NCBI GenBank assembly: GCA_030599585.1
Contig: JAUVNS010000018.1
Span: 25,253 to 89,252 of the forward strand
DNA: 64,000 bases
Direction: 5' to 3'
Source: Promethearchaeota archaeon
GTDB taxonomy: Archaea > Asgardarchaeota > Lokiarchaeia > Sigyniarchaeales > SOKP01
The position numbers and the translations under genes are program-made. Position 1 is the stretch's first letter. Every line of letters begins with the position of its first letter. Positions 38,228 through 48,892 of the stretch are shown one piece after another. A model generated the notes under the pieces. The model saw only the letters and a program-made list of their open reading frames with translations, did not search any database and was not told the origin of the DNA.

Positions 38228-38656
38228 ATGTCGATGTATGACTTGCGAACTATTAAAAAAACAATTAAAGAATATACGGGGGAAGATGAAGATAAATCTT
38301 ATACCCCGTTTCATAAACTACAATTTGAGCTAACGAGAAAAGAATTTATGAGTTTATTTCCCTTTGAAATAGCAATTTTACACGATATTGAAGTGCTTAT
38401 AAGCGAAGCTAGCGATGAAAATTACCACTTTCATGTATTTTTCCCAAAGTCCTCGACTCGAGACTTTAGAAATGATAATAAACTGTGGTTCGTTATAAAG
38501 CGTAATAAAATAACGGGGGTGGTATTTAACGGGTGTAGCTATATAAAAAAAGAAGTTTGGGTTAAAGTTTTTAAAAAACTATGGAAATTAAAACACTTGG
38601 AGAAAGCTCTCTTTCACGATGTTGAAAAAAGAGACTTCCAAACAGTACTATTTTGA
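38228..38656 (+). CDS. Hypothetical protein
   Basis: 142-aa ORF with ATG start and coding-like composition. Confidence 0.6.
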   Translation: MSMYDLRTIKKTIKEYTGEDEDKSYTPFHKLQFELTRKEFMSLFPFEIAILHDIEVLISEASDENYHFHVFFPKSSTRDFRNDNKLWFVIKRNKITGVVFNGCSYIKKEVWVKVFKKLWKLKHLEKALFHDVEKRDFQTVLF

Positions 38657-39063
38657 GAGATTGGAAAACATTTTTGCTTTATACTCCTTTTCTTGGAAAA
38701 GATTTTGCGAACGTTAACAACTCCCTAATTCCAAAGCTAAATAGGTTGGAAGAGACTAGTCATTTGATCGAAAATATATCATTTTCGATTGAATTGGGCA
38801 TACCTCCCTTGAAAATAAGTAATAAACTTAACCTGCTTGCCTTTTCAAAAGAAAAATTTAAAGACAATTACGCGTTTTTGCGTTCGCTTGGCATCGACAG
38901 CTAACACCTCAGATGCAAGTTTACTACATTAATAGTTAACGAGCAAGTTGTGAAACAAAGTTACCATTATCTCAAAAATTTTGGAATTCCACAAGAGAAG
39001 ATTAAAAATCGAATTCTCTTCTTTTTTCAACTATCTTTCCTCGAACAAATATTAATTATATAA
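38653..39063 (+). pseudogene. mTERF-like helical-repeat protein remnant with internal stop
   Basis: 31-aa periodicity ELGIPPLKISNKLNLLAFSKEKFKDNYAFLR / SLGIDS*HLRCKFTTLIVNEQVVKQSYHYLK / NFGIPQEKIKNR; in-frame TAA at 38902-38904. Confidence 0.5.
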
Positions 39064-39421
39064 TTGTAAATAAAAAATTTAGCTTACTGGGTGTAATTAA
39101 AGGAATAAGTAAGGCAATAGTTTGTCGGGTCGCAACATATACATTATATGTTTTTTGGTAATTTCGGGCGGGAATTGCGCGTAAATGTCTTTTTTACCGG
39201 CTTTTAAATTGCGTACGACCGTCTATTTAAATTACAATATTTTTTAAAATCAAAAGGAAACGGTATAAATCTTATTTAAAAAAAATAACTTCATTTAAGG
39301 TGGATTTAAAGATCAGACGATTTGACACTTTAGTAAATAGAATTAAATATCTTACTGTAAATTTATACTATATCCAATTGCATAACTAGCTAAATAAAAA
39401 TAAGATTTTAAATAGAAACCA

Positions 39422-42400
39422 GTGAGAATTATGTCCCGTGAAAAAATTTTACCTTTACTAATTATATTAATGATTTTAACATCAAGTTTTAACTTACTAG
39501 AGCTGGATTATATTAAAAAAGATAATAGTGAAAAAAGAGACGAAGATATTGTTGAAAAACCCCAAATCTCACCCTGGATCTGGACACCTGATGCGGATAT
39601 AACAATTACTATATATGAAGCCACTGATGAAAAATTAAAATTTACTTATTCTGCAAATTTAGATCTGACAGGTTTAGTTGAATATTGGGGTCACGGTATC
39701 TATCGTATTGATGTATATATATACGCTACTTATGGAGGGGTTGAAATATTTGATGTCTTTAGTAATGATTTTGCATATGGATCATTTTTATTAGGCGAAA
39801 CTTTAGAAGTTGATCGTATTAAAGGTATTTCACTAGGTCATCTCTTAGATTTAGGTTATGAAAATATTAGAATTAGAGTTCATGTTCATAGACAATTAAA
39901 CTTCATAGTTATTCCTGTTTGGGATTCAAATTATATAGATACATACATAGATTTAACAGACGACGATATAAAAGCCCCAAAATTTCAATATGCAAATTAC
40001 GACTTATCTAAAATTATGCAATCGATTGGGCCCTATGAAATTACATTTGAATATAGAGATGATCATCCATGGGAAGGTGAAATCGAGTGTGAATTTAGAG
40101 ATTTAGCCACCAACAATTTAAGGGGAACATATAATACGATAGATAAACTCCAACCTAATGATGAAAATATTTGTAACTTTCAAATCCCCAAATCAACTTG
40201 GTTTCTGTATCCAGATTCAAGAATTGTTTTTAGAACTCGAGCTATTGATAAAGATATGGATGGTGGTAGAACTCACGACCGTGAGCAGTCAGAATGGGAA
40301 GATTGGCAAAATGCTAATAAAATTTTATCGAGAGTGGGAGGAAGCATTGATAGTGTTCAAGCCTACGCATACATAGACGGTTGGAAACTGGTTTCTTTAT
40401 CACCTACTTCTTCTAATACACACTTTCAATCCATATATTTATACGATAATAATTACTTTACGATTTCTATCTTGAATCCCGCTGGAGAGAATTTGATTAT
40501 TCTGAAGGCGAGTATAAACTTCACTTGTCCTTTATTTGATCAACCTTTTCGATATTATTTTCCCATAGATGTAAACAAACCTATTCAGCCTGGTGAGATT
40601 TTTTCAAATTCAGTAAGAGTTAAATTTGATCCAGATGATTTAGATATGGGAAATTGGGATTCACCTACAATGAAACTAAATTTTTCGTTTCAATTTTCAA
40701 TGGAATCGAATCCAAGTGTTGTAACATCTTATAAAGAAATAGCTGAATTTCAAATCATAAAAGCACCTGAACCAACCTTTAAATTCATTGGATTTAAAAC
40801 TCCATTTGATGAATCCATAGAAGGAGAGAGATTCACATATAAAACTAGAAAAACATCAACCAGTATTTACTCGACATTTGAGATATGCAACAATGCTAGA
40901 ATACCTATTAACATCTCACAAGATTTTGATTTCATCTCTGGTACTAATGAATATGAAATAAGCAAGATAAGAGAGATCGAAGATTATATCAAGCAGAAAA
41001 GGGTAAATTCTTTTGAAACACATCAATTAACTTTCTTGATACGACCTGATACAATTTTCTTTACAGATGAAGATTTATGGTTATCATTCATATTTCAAAC
41101 ATTTGCTCTTCCAGTACCAAAATGGATCAAAAGAATTTTAGATACTTCAATTAAAGCTAAAGATTTAACAAAAGAGGTTCTTAAAGCTAAGCTTCTTAAA
41201 TATCAAAAATGGGCCGGAGTATTTATAGACTCTTTTTTAGCATTATATAATGGGTTTATTTTGGAAGGTTCTATAACCTCGATGGATGCTGAGAGGAATT
41301 TCTCATTTAAATCATTATGCGATTGGAGTTATATTCACATGGATCGTGAAGTCAAGGAAATTTCAATTCCAAATGAAAATTTATACTACTCGCAAATAAT
41401 TGAGAGCACCGATGAATTAAAACTAAAGCCATCAAGAGCCCAGGAGGGTTTACATTTAGAAGGTATTAGTTTTAGATATTTTGCAGTATCTTATTACGCT
41501 GTTGCAGCAGCAGCATATTATGCAGGTAATCCCGCTGCTGGATTAGCATTTGCTTTATTAGCAGATCTTAATGCTTTAATTAGTAACATTAGATGGAGAG
41601 GAGCAAATGATGATCCTCTCAAACCATTGTATTATGAAGAACTTTATAAACCAAATTATACTACACCTAAGATCCCCAATTTCGTTCCAAAAAATGAATA
41701 TGAACAACTACTCTTAAATAATATCGGCTTAAATATTCGGTTTATTGAACATTTACGAGCTATAAATGAAACAGAATTAAAAATTGAAGCTGCTCTAAAA
41801 TCAGGAGATTATAATGCAACTATAAAGCAAAAAAGAGCTCTAATTAATTTTACCATATTAATAAAAGATGATTTCAAAAAATTATCAAATAGCTTCCAGC
41901 TGCAGAAACATTTTCTAGAAAAATTTTTTGAAGTAACTAATAAATCATTAACAGAAATAGAATCAATTATAGCCCAAAACGGTCTTCCGCAAGAAGAGAT
42001 TGAAAGGATGAGACAAATTGGTTTTAACGAGACTGAAATAGATATTCTAAACCGAACATCAATCGAATACGCAAAAAGAGGAGAATTTTCGGGTAACTTT
42101 TCAAATAGTGTTAACAATATACATCCTTTCATTGATATGGCTGGTATTGAAATAGTTAGAGAAATTGGACAGCTTGAAAACTATACTCACAGGCTAATTA
42201 ACGACACAATACATTTGCAGATAACGAAACAAAATCAGAGTATACAAACAGAAGATGGAGAAATTCTTTTCCTCATAGAATCCTTAAAAGGAGAAATATT
42301 AGATTATAATGCATCAAAAAGATGGCATAAAGTTATAGAAGCTTCGGATGATCTTATAAAAATTGTAGAAAAAGCAGCTTTAGAGATGAATAATCATACA

Positions 42401-44377
42401 TATATCGAGGAATATATTTTATTTTCCCAAAAAATTAGAGATGAAGCTAAGAGTTATATCAATATTAATATATTTCACCTTGAGCGACTAACTCTCAGAG
42501 AAAATGAGGATATCCAAATCAATATCATCGCTGAAGCCCATGGTTTACATTCCGAAACATATCAATTAATTACTAATTCTTCTTGGGTTCAGCCTTCTCA
42601 AGGTTTCATTGAAATTCTCGATGATCAGAGAACAATCATAAGCTTGAATATAAACACATCAAATATAGAAAATCTAAAATGTCGGAATTATGATGTAAAC
42701 TTCCAGCTGAGAAATGTAGAATATGAGATATATGTTGATTCTAAATTTATTGTATCCGTAGTTGATGATGATTCATCTCCCCCAAATATTGTGGTAAATT
42801 ATACAGGTGATTACACAGATGGTAATAGTGGTCTATGGAAAATTAACATAACTGATGAAGAATCCGGAATTGAAGAGATTCAAATATATTTTGAGGGAGA
42901 AAAATTAATCCATCTCCAAGATCTTCAAGGAATTCCCACAAAGTACTTTGAAATTCCCCTTCCTAACGAACTTGGTCTGCATAAGATCGATGTTTTTGCT
43001 ACTAATTGGGATACCGACAGAGCAAATGATGAGGAGTCTGTTTTAAAAAATTACTCCTTAAATATTTTGGATGATGATACCAATTCTCCAGTGATCTCAA
43101 TTTCTTATATTGGAGGAAACATAGACGAACGTCCAGGGTATTTTGAATGGAATATTATTGATATAGATAACGGAATAGGAGGAGATAATGATGTTGGATT
43201 CAGTCAGTTAAATATTACAGTCGATTATTCATCAATAGAAGGATTAGAGGATTATACGCTAATGCTTCCAAGTAGTTCAAGCGGATTATGGAACCTTCCA
43301 CCATCACTAGGGGAATATACATTATCTATTTTTGCCACTGATAACGATAACGATCGCGCATTAATGTTAGACTTCCTATCCTCAGAAATTGGCATGAGTC
43401 AAAATATATATGACGATGATATTAACCAACCTGAAGTGTCTAATCTGGTAATTGTACCCGATATTTTTAATATTAATATATCATTTTCTGCGTTTGATAA
43501 CGATAGTGGAATAGGAAATATTAAGATTTTCGTTAATAAAGAACTCATCGAGCCCATTTCTTCGGGGCAATTAAACAATAGTTTCAATTTTGTCTTAAAG
43601 AATCGGTGGGCATCTATAAGAGGATTATCAGATGTAGAAGTTATTGTAGGCGATAATGATTATGATAGACCATTTGATTCTTTAAGCGCTGTTTTGTACG
43701 GTTCTTTTAAAAATACTTTATTTCAAATGTATGATTACATCGATTGGCAAATGCGAGAACTAATCAAATATATCGAAGATAATATGAATCAATGCTTAAG
43801 TAATCAATTTAACGTCAAACTCCAGTTGGCGCAAAATTTTATTCAAAAAGCATACAATTACACAGAAAACGGAGATTTAACAAGAAATTTAGATTATATT
43901 ATAAAAGCAAAGTATATCATCGGATTTTTAATATGTAAAATTAAAATGTATCAGTGTTGTGGTTGGATTACTGACGAAATCGCCACAATCCTTATTTATG
44001 AATTATTTATGATTAAGGAAAATATGATTATTTTAATGGGAACATCCACAGGAAAAGCTGAAGGATATGAATTTGGATACATTGAAGTAGATTTGATTAA
44101 GCTAAGCAAACTCGTTAGAAGTAGCGTAAAGCATTGCTTTGGGGTATATTTAGCTTTTAAACTTAAAACTGCGGCTCAAATCATTGAAAATTCTTTATTT
44201 AGAATAACGGAAGGTAAATGTTACTCAATTTTGTTAAATTGTGTTCTCTATAAATTATCTTCAGTCGAAAAAAAAATAAATTACCTTTTAATTAAGCAAA
44301 GGATAAAAGTGGAATTAGCTGATCTTATTCTCGAGAACATAAACCGTATTTCTAATTTACTTGAAGACTTTAAATAA
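39422..44377 (+). CDS. Large secreted/surface protein (1,651 aa) with Ig-like 'DDD' repeats
   Basis: N-terminal hydrophobic signal (KILPLLIILMILTSSF); four [IV]xDDDxxxP modules each with a DxDxDR-like loop; central hydrophobic Ala-rich segment; Cys-containing helical C-terminus. Confidence 0.85.
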   Translation: MRIMSREKILPLLIILMILTSSFNLLELDYIKKDNSEKRDEDIVEKPQISPWIWTPDADITITIYEATDEKLKFTYSANLDLTGLVEYWGHGIYRIDVYIYATYGGVEIFDVFSNDFAYGSFLLGETLEVDRIKGISLGHLLDLGYENIRIRVHVHRQLNFIVIPVWDSNYIDTYIDLTDDDIKAPKFQYANYDLSKIMQSIGPYEITFEYRDDHPWEGEIECEFRDLATNNLRGTYNTIDKLQPNDENICNFQIPKSTWFLYPDSRIVFRTRAIDKDMDGGRTHDREQSEWEDWQNANKILSRVGGSIDSVQAYAYIDGWKLVSLSPTSSNTHFQSIYLYDNNYFTISILNPAGENLIILKASINFTCPLFDQPFRYYFPIDVNKPIQPGEIFSNSVRVKFDPDDLDMGNWDSPTMKLNFSFQFSMESNPSVVTSYKEIAEFQIIKAPEPTFKFIGFKTPFDESIEGERFTYKTRKTSTSIYSTFEICNNARIPINISQDFDFISGTNEYEISKIREIEDYIKQKRVNSFETHQLTFLIRPDTIFFTDEDLWLSFIFQTFALPVPKWIKRILDTSIKAKDLTKEVLKAKLLKYQKWAGVFIDSFLALYNGFILEGSITSMDAERNFSFKSLCDWSYIHMDREVKEISIPNENLYYSQIIESTDELKLKPSRAQEGLHLEGISFRYFAVSYYAVAAAAYYAGNPAAGLAFALLADLNALISNIRWRGANDDPLKPLYYEELYKPNYTTPKIPNFVPKNEYEQLLLNNIGLNIRFIEHLRAINETELKIEAALKSGDYNATIKQKRALINFTILIKDDFKKLSNSFQLQKHFLEKFFEVTNKSLTEIESIIAQNGLPQEEIERMRQIGFNETEIDILNRTSIEYAKRGEFSGNFSNSVNNIHPFIDMAGIEIVREIGQLENYTHRLINDTIHLQITKQNQSIQTEDGEILFLIESLKGEILDYNASKRWHKVIEASDDLIKIVEKAALEMNNHTYIEEYILFSQKIRDEAKSYININIFHLERLTLRENEDIQINIIAEAHGLHSETYQLITNSSWVQPSQGFIEILDDQRTIISLNINTSNIENLKCRNYDVNFQLRNVEYEIYVDSKFIVSVVDDDSSPPNIVVNYTGDYTDGNSGLWKINITDEESGIEEIQIYFEGEKLIHLQDLQGIPTKYFEIPLPNELGLHKIDVFATNWDTDRANDEESVLKNYSLNILDDDTNSPVISISYIGGNIDERPGYFEWNIIDIDNGIGGDNDVGFSQLNITVDYSSIEGLEDYTLMLPSSSSGLWNLPPSLGEYTLSIFATDNDNDRALMLDFLSSEIGMSQNIYDDDINQPEVSNLVIVPDIFNINISFSAFDNDSGIGNIKIFVNKELIEPISSGQLNNSFNFVLKNRWASIRGLSDVEVIVGDNDYDRPFDSLSAVLYGSFKNTLFQMYDYIDWQMRELIKYIEDNMNQCLSNQFNVKLQLAQNFIQKAYNYTENGDLTRNLDYIIKAKYIIGFLICKIKMYQCCGWITDEIATILIYELFMIKENMIILMGTSTGKAEGYEFGYIEVDLIKLSKLVRSSVKHCFGVYLAFKLKTAAQIIENSLFRITEGKCYSILLNCVLYKLSSVEKKINYLLIKQRIKVELADLILENINRISNLLEDFK

Positions 44378-44559
44378 ATCAAAATTCCGTAGATATTTAC
44401 GTTTCACGGTTCACGGTTGAACTCTCTCCACCCATAAAACCGGACTCTCCTCAGAGGGAGTTATACCGTCAGGTTGTTTTCACCCCGAGAATTGGGACGA
44501 GATGGTTCTGGCTTATTCAAAAAGGAGGTTTAAAAAATGAAAAAACTGCGTAATGTAGA

Positions 44560-44811
44560 GTGGGGAATGTATCGGTACCCGGAGTTCCTCCAATCGCTTA
44601 CTATAAGCGTGAACGAATTAAAATTTATTCGTTGATTGATGTAAAAGGAATCGGAAGCGGAACCGCAAAAAACCTCGCTAAAAATGGCGTTAACTCGGTT
44701 GATGGTCTATTAAAATCCGATCCCGAACAACTCGCCACTAAGATAAGCGGAATCTCTTCGAAAATGATCAACGAATGGCAAGCAAACGCAAAAACCCTGT
44801 TGGGCGCATAA
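44560..44811 (+). CDS. Helix-hairpin-helix (DUF4332/Rad51-N-like) small protein, 5' end possibly degenerate
   Basis: LIDVKGIGSGTAKNLAKNGVNSVDGLL...GISSKMINEW; the strong RBS AAGGAGGT (44522-44529) precedes an ATG at 44537 that is out of frame. Confidence 0.7.
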   Translation: MGNVSVPGVPPIAYYKRERIKIYSLIDVKGIGSGTAKNLAKNGVNSVDGLLKSDPEQLATKISGISSKMINEWQANAKTLLGA

Positions 44812-44929
44812 ATTTACTCTTTTTTTTTCATTATATTCTAATACTAATGCTTTGCACTCATATTATAATAAAAACTTATGGTCCTATTGGATTTATAAGT
44901 ATTGAGTCTTCATTAATTCTTTAGTAGAT

Positions 44930-45613
44930 TTGATAAATTGTAAAAATAATTATCTCATGTTGTTTGTAAATGAAGCCCTCATTGACGTATTCAATTTTAA
45001 ACCGATGGATTTTGAATTTTTTCTCAAACAAATTAATACGGGAATTGTTTCTAAAGAGCAAATAAGAATTATTTTAGCTGAGGCAAAAAGAATGCCTGCA
45101 GCATTAGGAGGGTATCATGGGGATTATAAGGGTGGTTTATATGACCATATCTTATTAGTTACCAATTTTGTTTACCAAATACGTAAAAACGCTGATTTTT
45201 TGAAAGAACATATAGATTGGTTAAGAGAAGAACGTATAGAAATATCAGAGAATTATAACGAGATTAACTTTCCCAAGGCTATACAGACGGCAATTTATCA
45301 CGACTTTGGTAAAGTTCCTTATTACGCTTTTAAATTAGACTTACAAGATCGCAGAATTTACACGAATAAGAATCAAATGCGAGAAGCATCTTTAGATATA
45401 GCTGAGAAATTTAACTATGTAGGGGTTGATTATCACATAGATGAATGTATCGCAGTATTAAAACGCTACAACCTTCCGTTTGATGATGAAATATTTCAAG
45501 CTATTATCTTTCATCACGGTAAATGGTCAAAATATAGACCTTTTGAGCCTACCAAACTCAGCGAATTAATCCATGTGGCAGATATGATCGCTAGTCATGC
45601 GTACGAGATTTAA
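44930..45613 (+). CDS. HD-domain phosphohydrolase (YhaM-like HD domain)
   Basis: H..YKGGLYDH, IYHDFGK, HHG and HVADMIAS motifs; true start may be the ATG near 45005. Confidence 0.85.
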   Translation: MINCKNNYLMLFVNEALIDVFNFKPMDFEFFLKQINTGIVSKEQIRIILAEAKRMPAALGGYHGDYKGGLYDHILLVTNFVYQIRKNADFLKEHIDWLREERIEISENYNEINFPKAIQTAIYHDFGKVPYYAFKLDLQDRRIYTNKNQMREASLDIAEKFNYVGVDYHIDECIAVLKRYNLPFDDEIFQAIIFHHGKWSKYRPFEPTKLSELIHVADMIASHAYEI

Positions 45614-45618
45614 CGAGT

Positions 45619-47262
45619 TTATTCATTGCTTTTTCTTGAATAATACCTGTTTCTCTCTCGTTTAGCAACATTTTCTAGTGCGTTCAAACCGTTATAGGTG
45701 GTGCTGCATAACTGTATAATTTCTTCCCATTCATATTTCTTCCATAGCTTCCCCTCAAATAGTAAATAAAAACAGCAAACGGTAAAATTCTTTCTCAGCG
45801 ATGAATAATCTTCTGGAAATTGAATACCGCGCCTGTATTTAGTACAAGTTAGGATTGTTTCGTATAAAAATGCGTTTATTTTTTCATCTTTAACCAATTC
45901 AATAATTTTTGAACTGATATCAAATATAGAAGTATATTTGAAAAACTTATCAAAATAAACACATAATAAAAAAGCAAATTTGAATACACCCTTGGTGAAT
46001 CTATTCATAGACTCTTCTACATTCTTTAATTTTAAACAAGCGTTAAGGTGATAACACGCATGACTCAGAAGATCCTCGTAATCATAGGGGATCGAATCGA
46101 GTTCGGGAAGCTCATCAAATAAAAATTTTCCATATAGAATTACTGAATTCTGCGGTATTTTAAAATCCAATAAAGCCCACTTGTAATTTGCCCACGATTC
46201 TTTTTCATGGACTTCCTTACGCTTAAGCCCGTCTAACGAATTAAAGAATACATTTGCCATGTAACGATTTCTTTTATAATTTAATCTTCTCACCTCCGTC
46301 CAATCCTGAGTTTTAGGGATTTTTTCAATATTTTTCACAATACAGATGATGTCAATATCGTTTTTAATCCAATCATCAGGAAGTTTTCTATCAAAAAAGC
46401 TCCCTATTCCATAAATACTGATGATATTTTCTGAGAATTTTTCTGCAAGATCTTGCACTATCGAGTAAGTAATCCTACATTTTTCTTTATGCTCGTGCCG
46501 CTTACATTCATGTAATAATTCCGAGAGTTTAACTTCTCTTTCTCCCTTCCAATACTCAAGCGCCCATTTTAAATCTATTTCTGCTTTTTCAGAATCAAAC
46601 TTATAGAGAAAAACTTTAATTTGATCAAACTGGATCTTTTTTTCTTGTTCTTGTATAAGAGAACTTAGGTCTATTCTCTGAAGAACTTCTCGAGGGATAT
46701 TTTTCACATTATTGCTTTTTTTTGTCATATCCCTTGGAGCTAGAATAATCCCATAGCAGAGTAAATTTGTATTATACCCCAGTTCTTTTAAGATTTGGCA
46801 ATAAATCTCTGCTTGTACTCGTTGATTACGAAATGTAATGGAATATTTGCTAAATTTATACTCAAACAGAAAAATAGGAATTCCTCTCTTGAATATAATA
46901 ATATCAGGCTTTCCTACGATAATATCTTCGTTAAATTTCATAAGAAAGGAGGTTTCCATAATTACTATTTCCTCTTCTTGTGGAATCTTTTTCATCAGCT
47001 CTTTAAACTTTACGATTCCTGCATCTTCAGCCATTCTCTTGTGCAGTCTTGCTCCTTCCTTTTGCGCTTCAGTTTCAATTTTCCCAAAAACGTTATCTAA
47101 TTCTAATTTGGCCTCAGAATAAAATTGGGACGCTATATCTGACACAATCAAGTATGGGCGATCAAATTTTAAGTTTGATTTTCCCTTTTTAATACGATCA
47201 ATCAATTCCTCTCGTAGCTTCACTTGGTTCTTAAAAATAGTTTTCCAGTTGTCTTTCGGCAT
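45619..47262 (-). CDS. Cas4/Exo5-like PD-(D/E)XK nuclease fused to a Pol-beta-like nucleotidyltransferase and helical domain
   Basis: VSDIASQFYSE, G..LH, GKPD, FEYK, QAEIY; then SIYGIGSFF...DIDII and a helical C-terminus. Confidence 0.8.
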   Translation of the reverse strand: MPKDNWKTIFKNQVKLREELIDRIKKGKSNLKFDRPYLIVSDIASQFYSEAKLELDNVFGKIETEAQKEGARLHKRMAEDAGIVKFKELMKKIPQEEEIVIMETSFLMKFNEDIIVGKPDIIIFKRGIPIFLFEYKFSKYSITFRNQRVQAEIYCQILKELGYNTNLLCYGIILAPRDMTKKSNNVKNIPREVLQRIDLSSLIQEQEKKIQFDQIKVFLYKFDSEKAEIDLKWALEYWKGEREVKLSELLHECKRHEHKEKCRITYSIVQDLAEKFSENIISIYGIGSFFDRKLPDDWIKNDIDIICIVKNIEKIPKTQDWTEVRRLNYKRNRYMANVFFNSLDGLKRKEVHEKESWANYKWALLDFKIPQNSVILYGKFLFDELPELDSIPYDYEDLLSHACYHLNACLKLKNVEESMNRFTKGVFKFAFLLCVYFDKFFKYTSIFDISSKIIELVKDEKINAFLYETILTCTKYRRGIQFPEDYSSLRKNFTVCCFYLLFEGKLWKKYEWEEIIQLCSTTYNGLNALENVAKRERNRYYSRKSNE

Positions 47263-47732
47263 ATTTCACGTAATAATAGGTAATAAAATTATTTAATCCT
47301 TGTTGTTTTGAATGAACCTTATTTTAAAAGACATTTAAAAAGGAGTATAAAATTTAAGGTTATCATGATTTACTTTCTATCATGTTGTGCGTTTTCCAGA
47401 GCTTTAGGTAGCTTTTAAAAAAATCGTGTGGGAGACCGATGGAATTAATTAGATTGACCTCTTTTGGTTCGTTTACCTTCTTGACTTTCCTTTTTTTAAA
47501 AGTCTGCTCCCAATCAAAATACGACGCAGGTTTTTCCATACAAAATAAAATTTATTTCAAACTATTAAGCGAAACGACCATTTAGGATTAGAAATTTTTC
47601 CCTATTTACCTCGCTTGAATCAGGGAAAAAATTGTCGATTTTAAGTCGGATAAATCGAGAATATAGTTTTTTATTATTAACAAGAGAGTAGATTAAATTA
47701 AATAAAAATAAAAATCTTTAAATGATAAGCCA

Positions 47733-48611
47733 ATGGAGTTAAGGCAATATTTTCTTGGGGCCTGTATAGGGATATTAATTTTTATCTTCGCATTCACTTT
47801 TAGTTATATTGGAACGCTTACCTTGCTAAAAGTTATATTTACTTTATCTGTATTAACCTTAATATATTTTTTGATTACATATCTATCTGATACCCTTTCG
47901 TTTCATTTTGAGAAACGCAATTTTTATCGAACGAATAAAAAGCTGAATCTTTGGGAAGGGGATGAATATAAAAAAATACTTAAATATGAAGATATAGCGC
48001 TTGGGAAATTCATGTTAGTAGTTCTCTTTATATTATCACACTTACTTTTAAGGCAATTTATTGTAAATCTAAGAGTTTTCTTTCATGAAATCGGTCACCT
48101 AATAGTTGCACTTAGTTTTAACTGTCAAATTGTAGAGGTATTCATCTCAGTTACAAGTGGCTCCGTAAGCTATATGAGCCCTCCATCTTTGGAACAAAAT
48201 AACCTAATAATAGTTTCAGGTACATTATGTTTATTCGTAGTTGGAATGATCTTTTTAATCGCGCTCCATCAAAATAAAGAGATGTCATTAACATTGAACA
48301 TCTCACTCACTATAATAATATGGATTGAATTGTTTGAAGATGCATGTTATTGGATTATAGGAGCAATCCGTGGAATAGGAGATCCTTACCAACTAATAAA
48401 TAACAATTCAGGGCTCGATCCGTTTATCGTATCTTATAGCAGTTTTATTTTTTTAATTCTCCTATGTGTTTTTGTTTTTTTCTCTTTAGGAGATAAAATG
48501 TATTCCCAATTTAAGCTAGTCCTTCATGAACTCATTCCTGACCTTACTATTTTTAACGCTCAAGAGGGAATATCTTTCTTTACAGCTAAAAATCTCAATA
48601 GCGATATGTAG
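47733..48611 (+). CDS. Membrane zinc metalloprotease, M50-like
   Basis: Multiple TM segments, HEIGH (HExxH), downstream GD motif. Confidence 0.8.
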   Translation: MELRQYFLGACIGILIFIFAFTFSYIGTLTLLKVIFTLSVLTLIYFLITYLSDTLSFHFEKRNFYRTNKKLNLWEGDEYKKILKYEDIALGKFMLVVLFILSHLLLRQFIVNLRVFFHEIGHLIVALSFNCQIVEVFISVTSGSVSYMSPPSLEQNNLIIVSGTLCLFVVGMIFLIALHQNKEMSLTLNISLTIIIWIELFEDACYWIIGAIRGIGDPYQLINNNSGLDPFIVSYSSFIFLILLCVFVFFSLGDKMYSQFKLVLHELIPDLTIFNAQEGISFFTAKNLNSDM

Positions 48612-48719
48612 AGAAGATTGATAAGTCAGGAAAAAACTTTTTTAAAGAAAACTTAATTAAGAGAAAATTTTATCTGTTAAAAATAGGATTAAACAAAATA
48701 ACATAACCTAATATATTTA

Positions 48720-48890
48720 ATGAAGAATAATGGTGCTGAACTGGTAGCAAAAAATGCTGTTGATGAACTCATTAAATATTTGGAGGAAGTTGGGAAACAA
48801 ATTTCCTCTAAAGCACAGGAGCTTGCCAAACATTCTGGTAGGAAGAAAATCACTCAAAATGATATGAAGATCGCTATGGATTTGATTTAG
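48720..48890 (+). CDS. Archaeal histone-fold protein lacking most of helix alpha1 (56 aa; not in ORF track)
   Basis: MKNNGAELVAKNAVDELIKYLEEVGKQISSKAQELAKHSGRKKITQNDMKIAMDLI, containing the canonical L2 motif (HSGRKKI...D); in-frame TAA 7 codons upstream. Confidence 0.85.
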   Translation: MKNNGAELVAKNAVDELIKYLEEVGKQISSKAQELAKHSGRKKITQNDMKIAMDLI

Positions 48891-48892
48891 AT

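Noticed and set aside
44930-47262. HD plus Cas4-like genes as a CRISPR-Cas locus
   Set aside because: The genes are convergent, there are no other cas genes and no array, and the HD motifs fit a YhaM-like domain.
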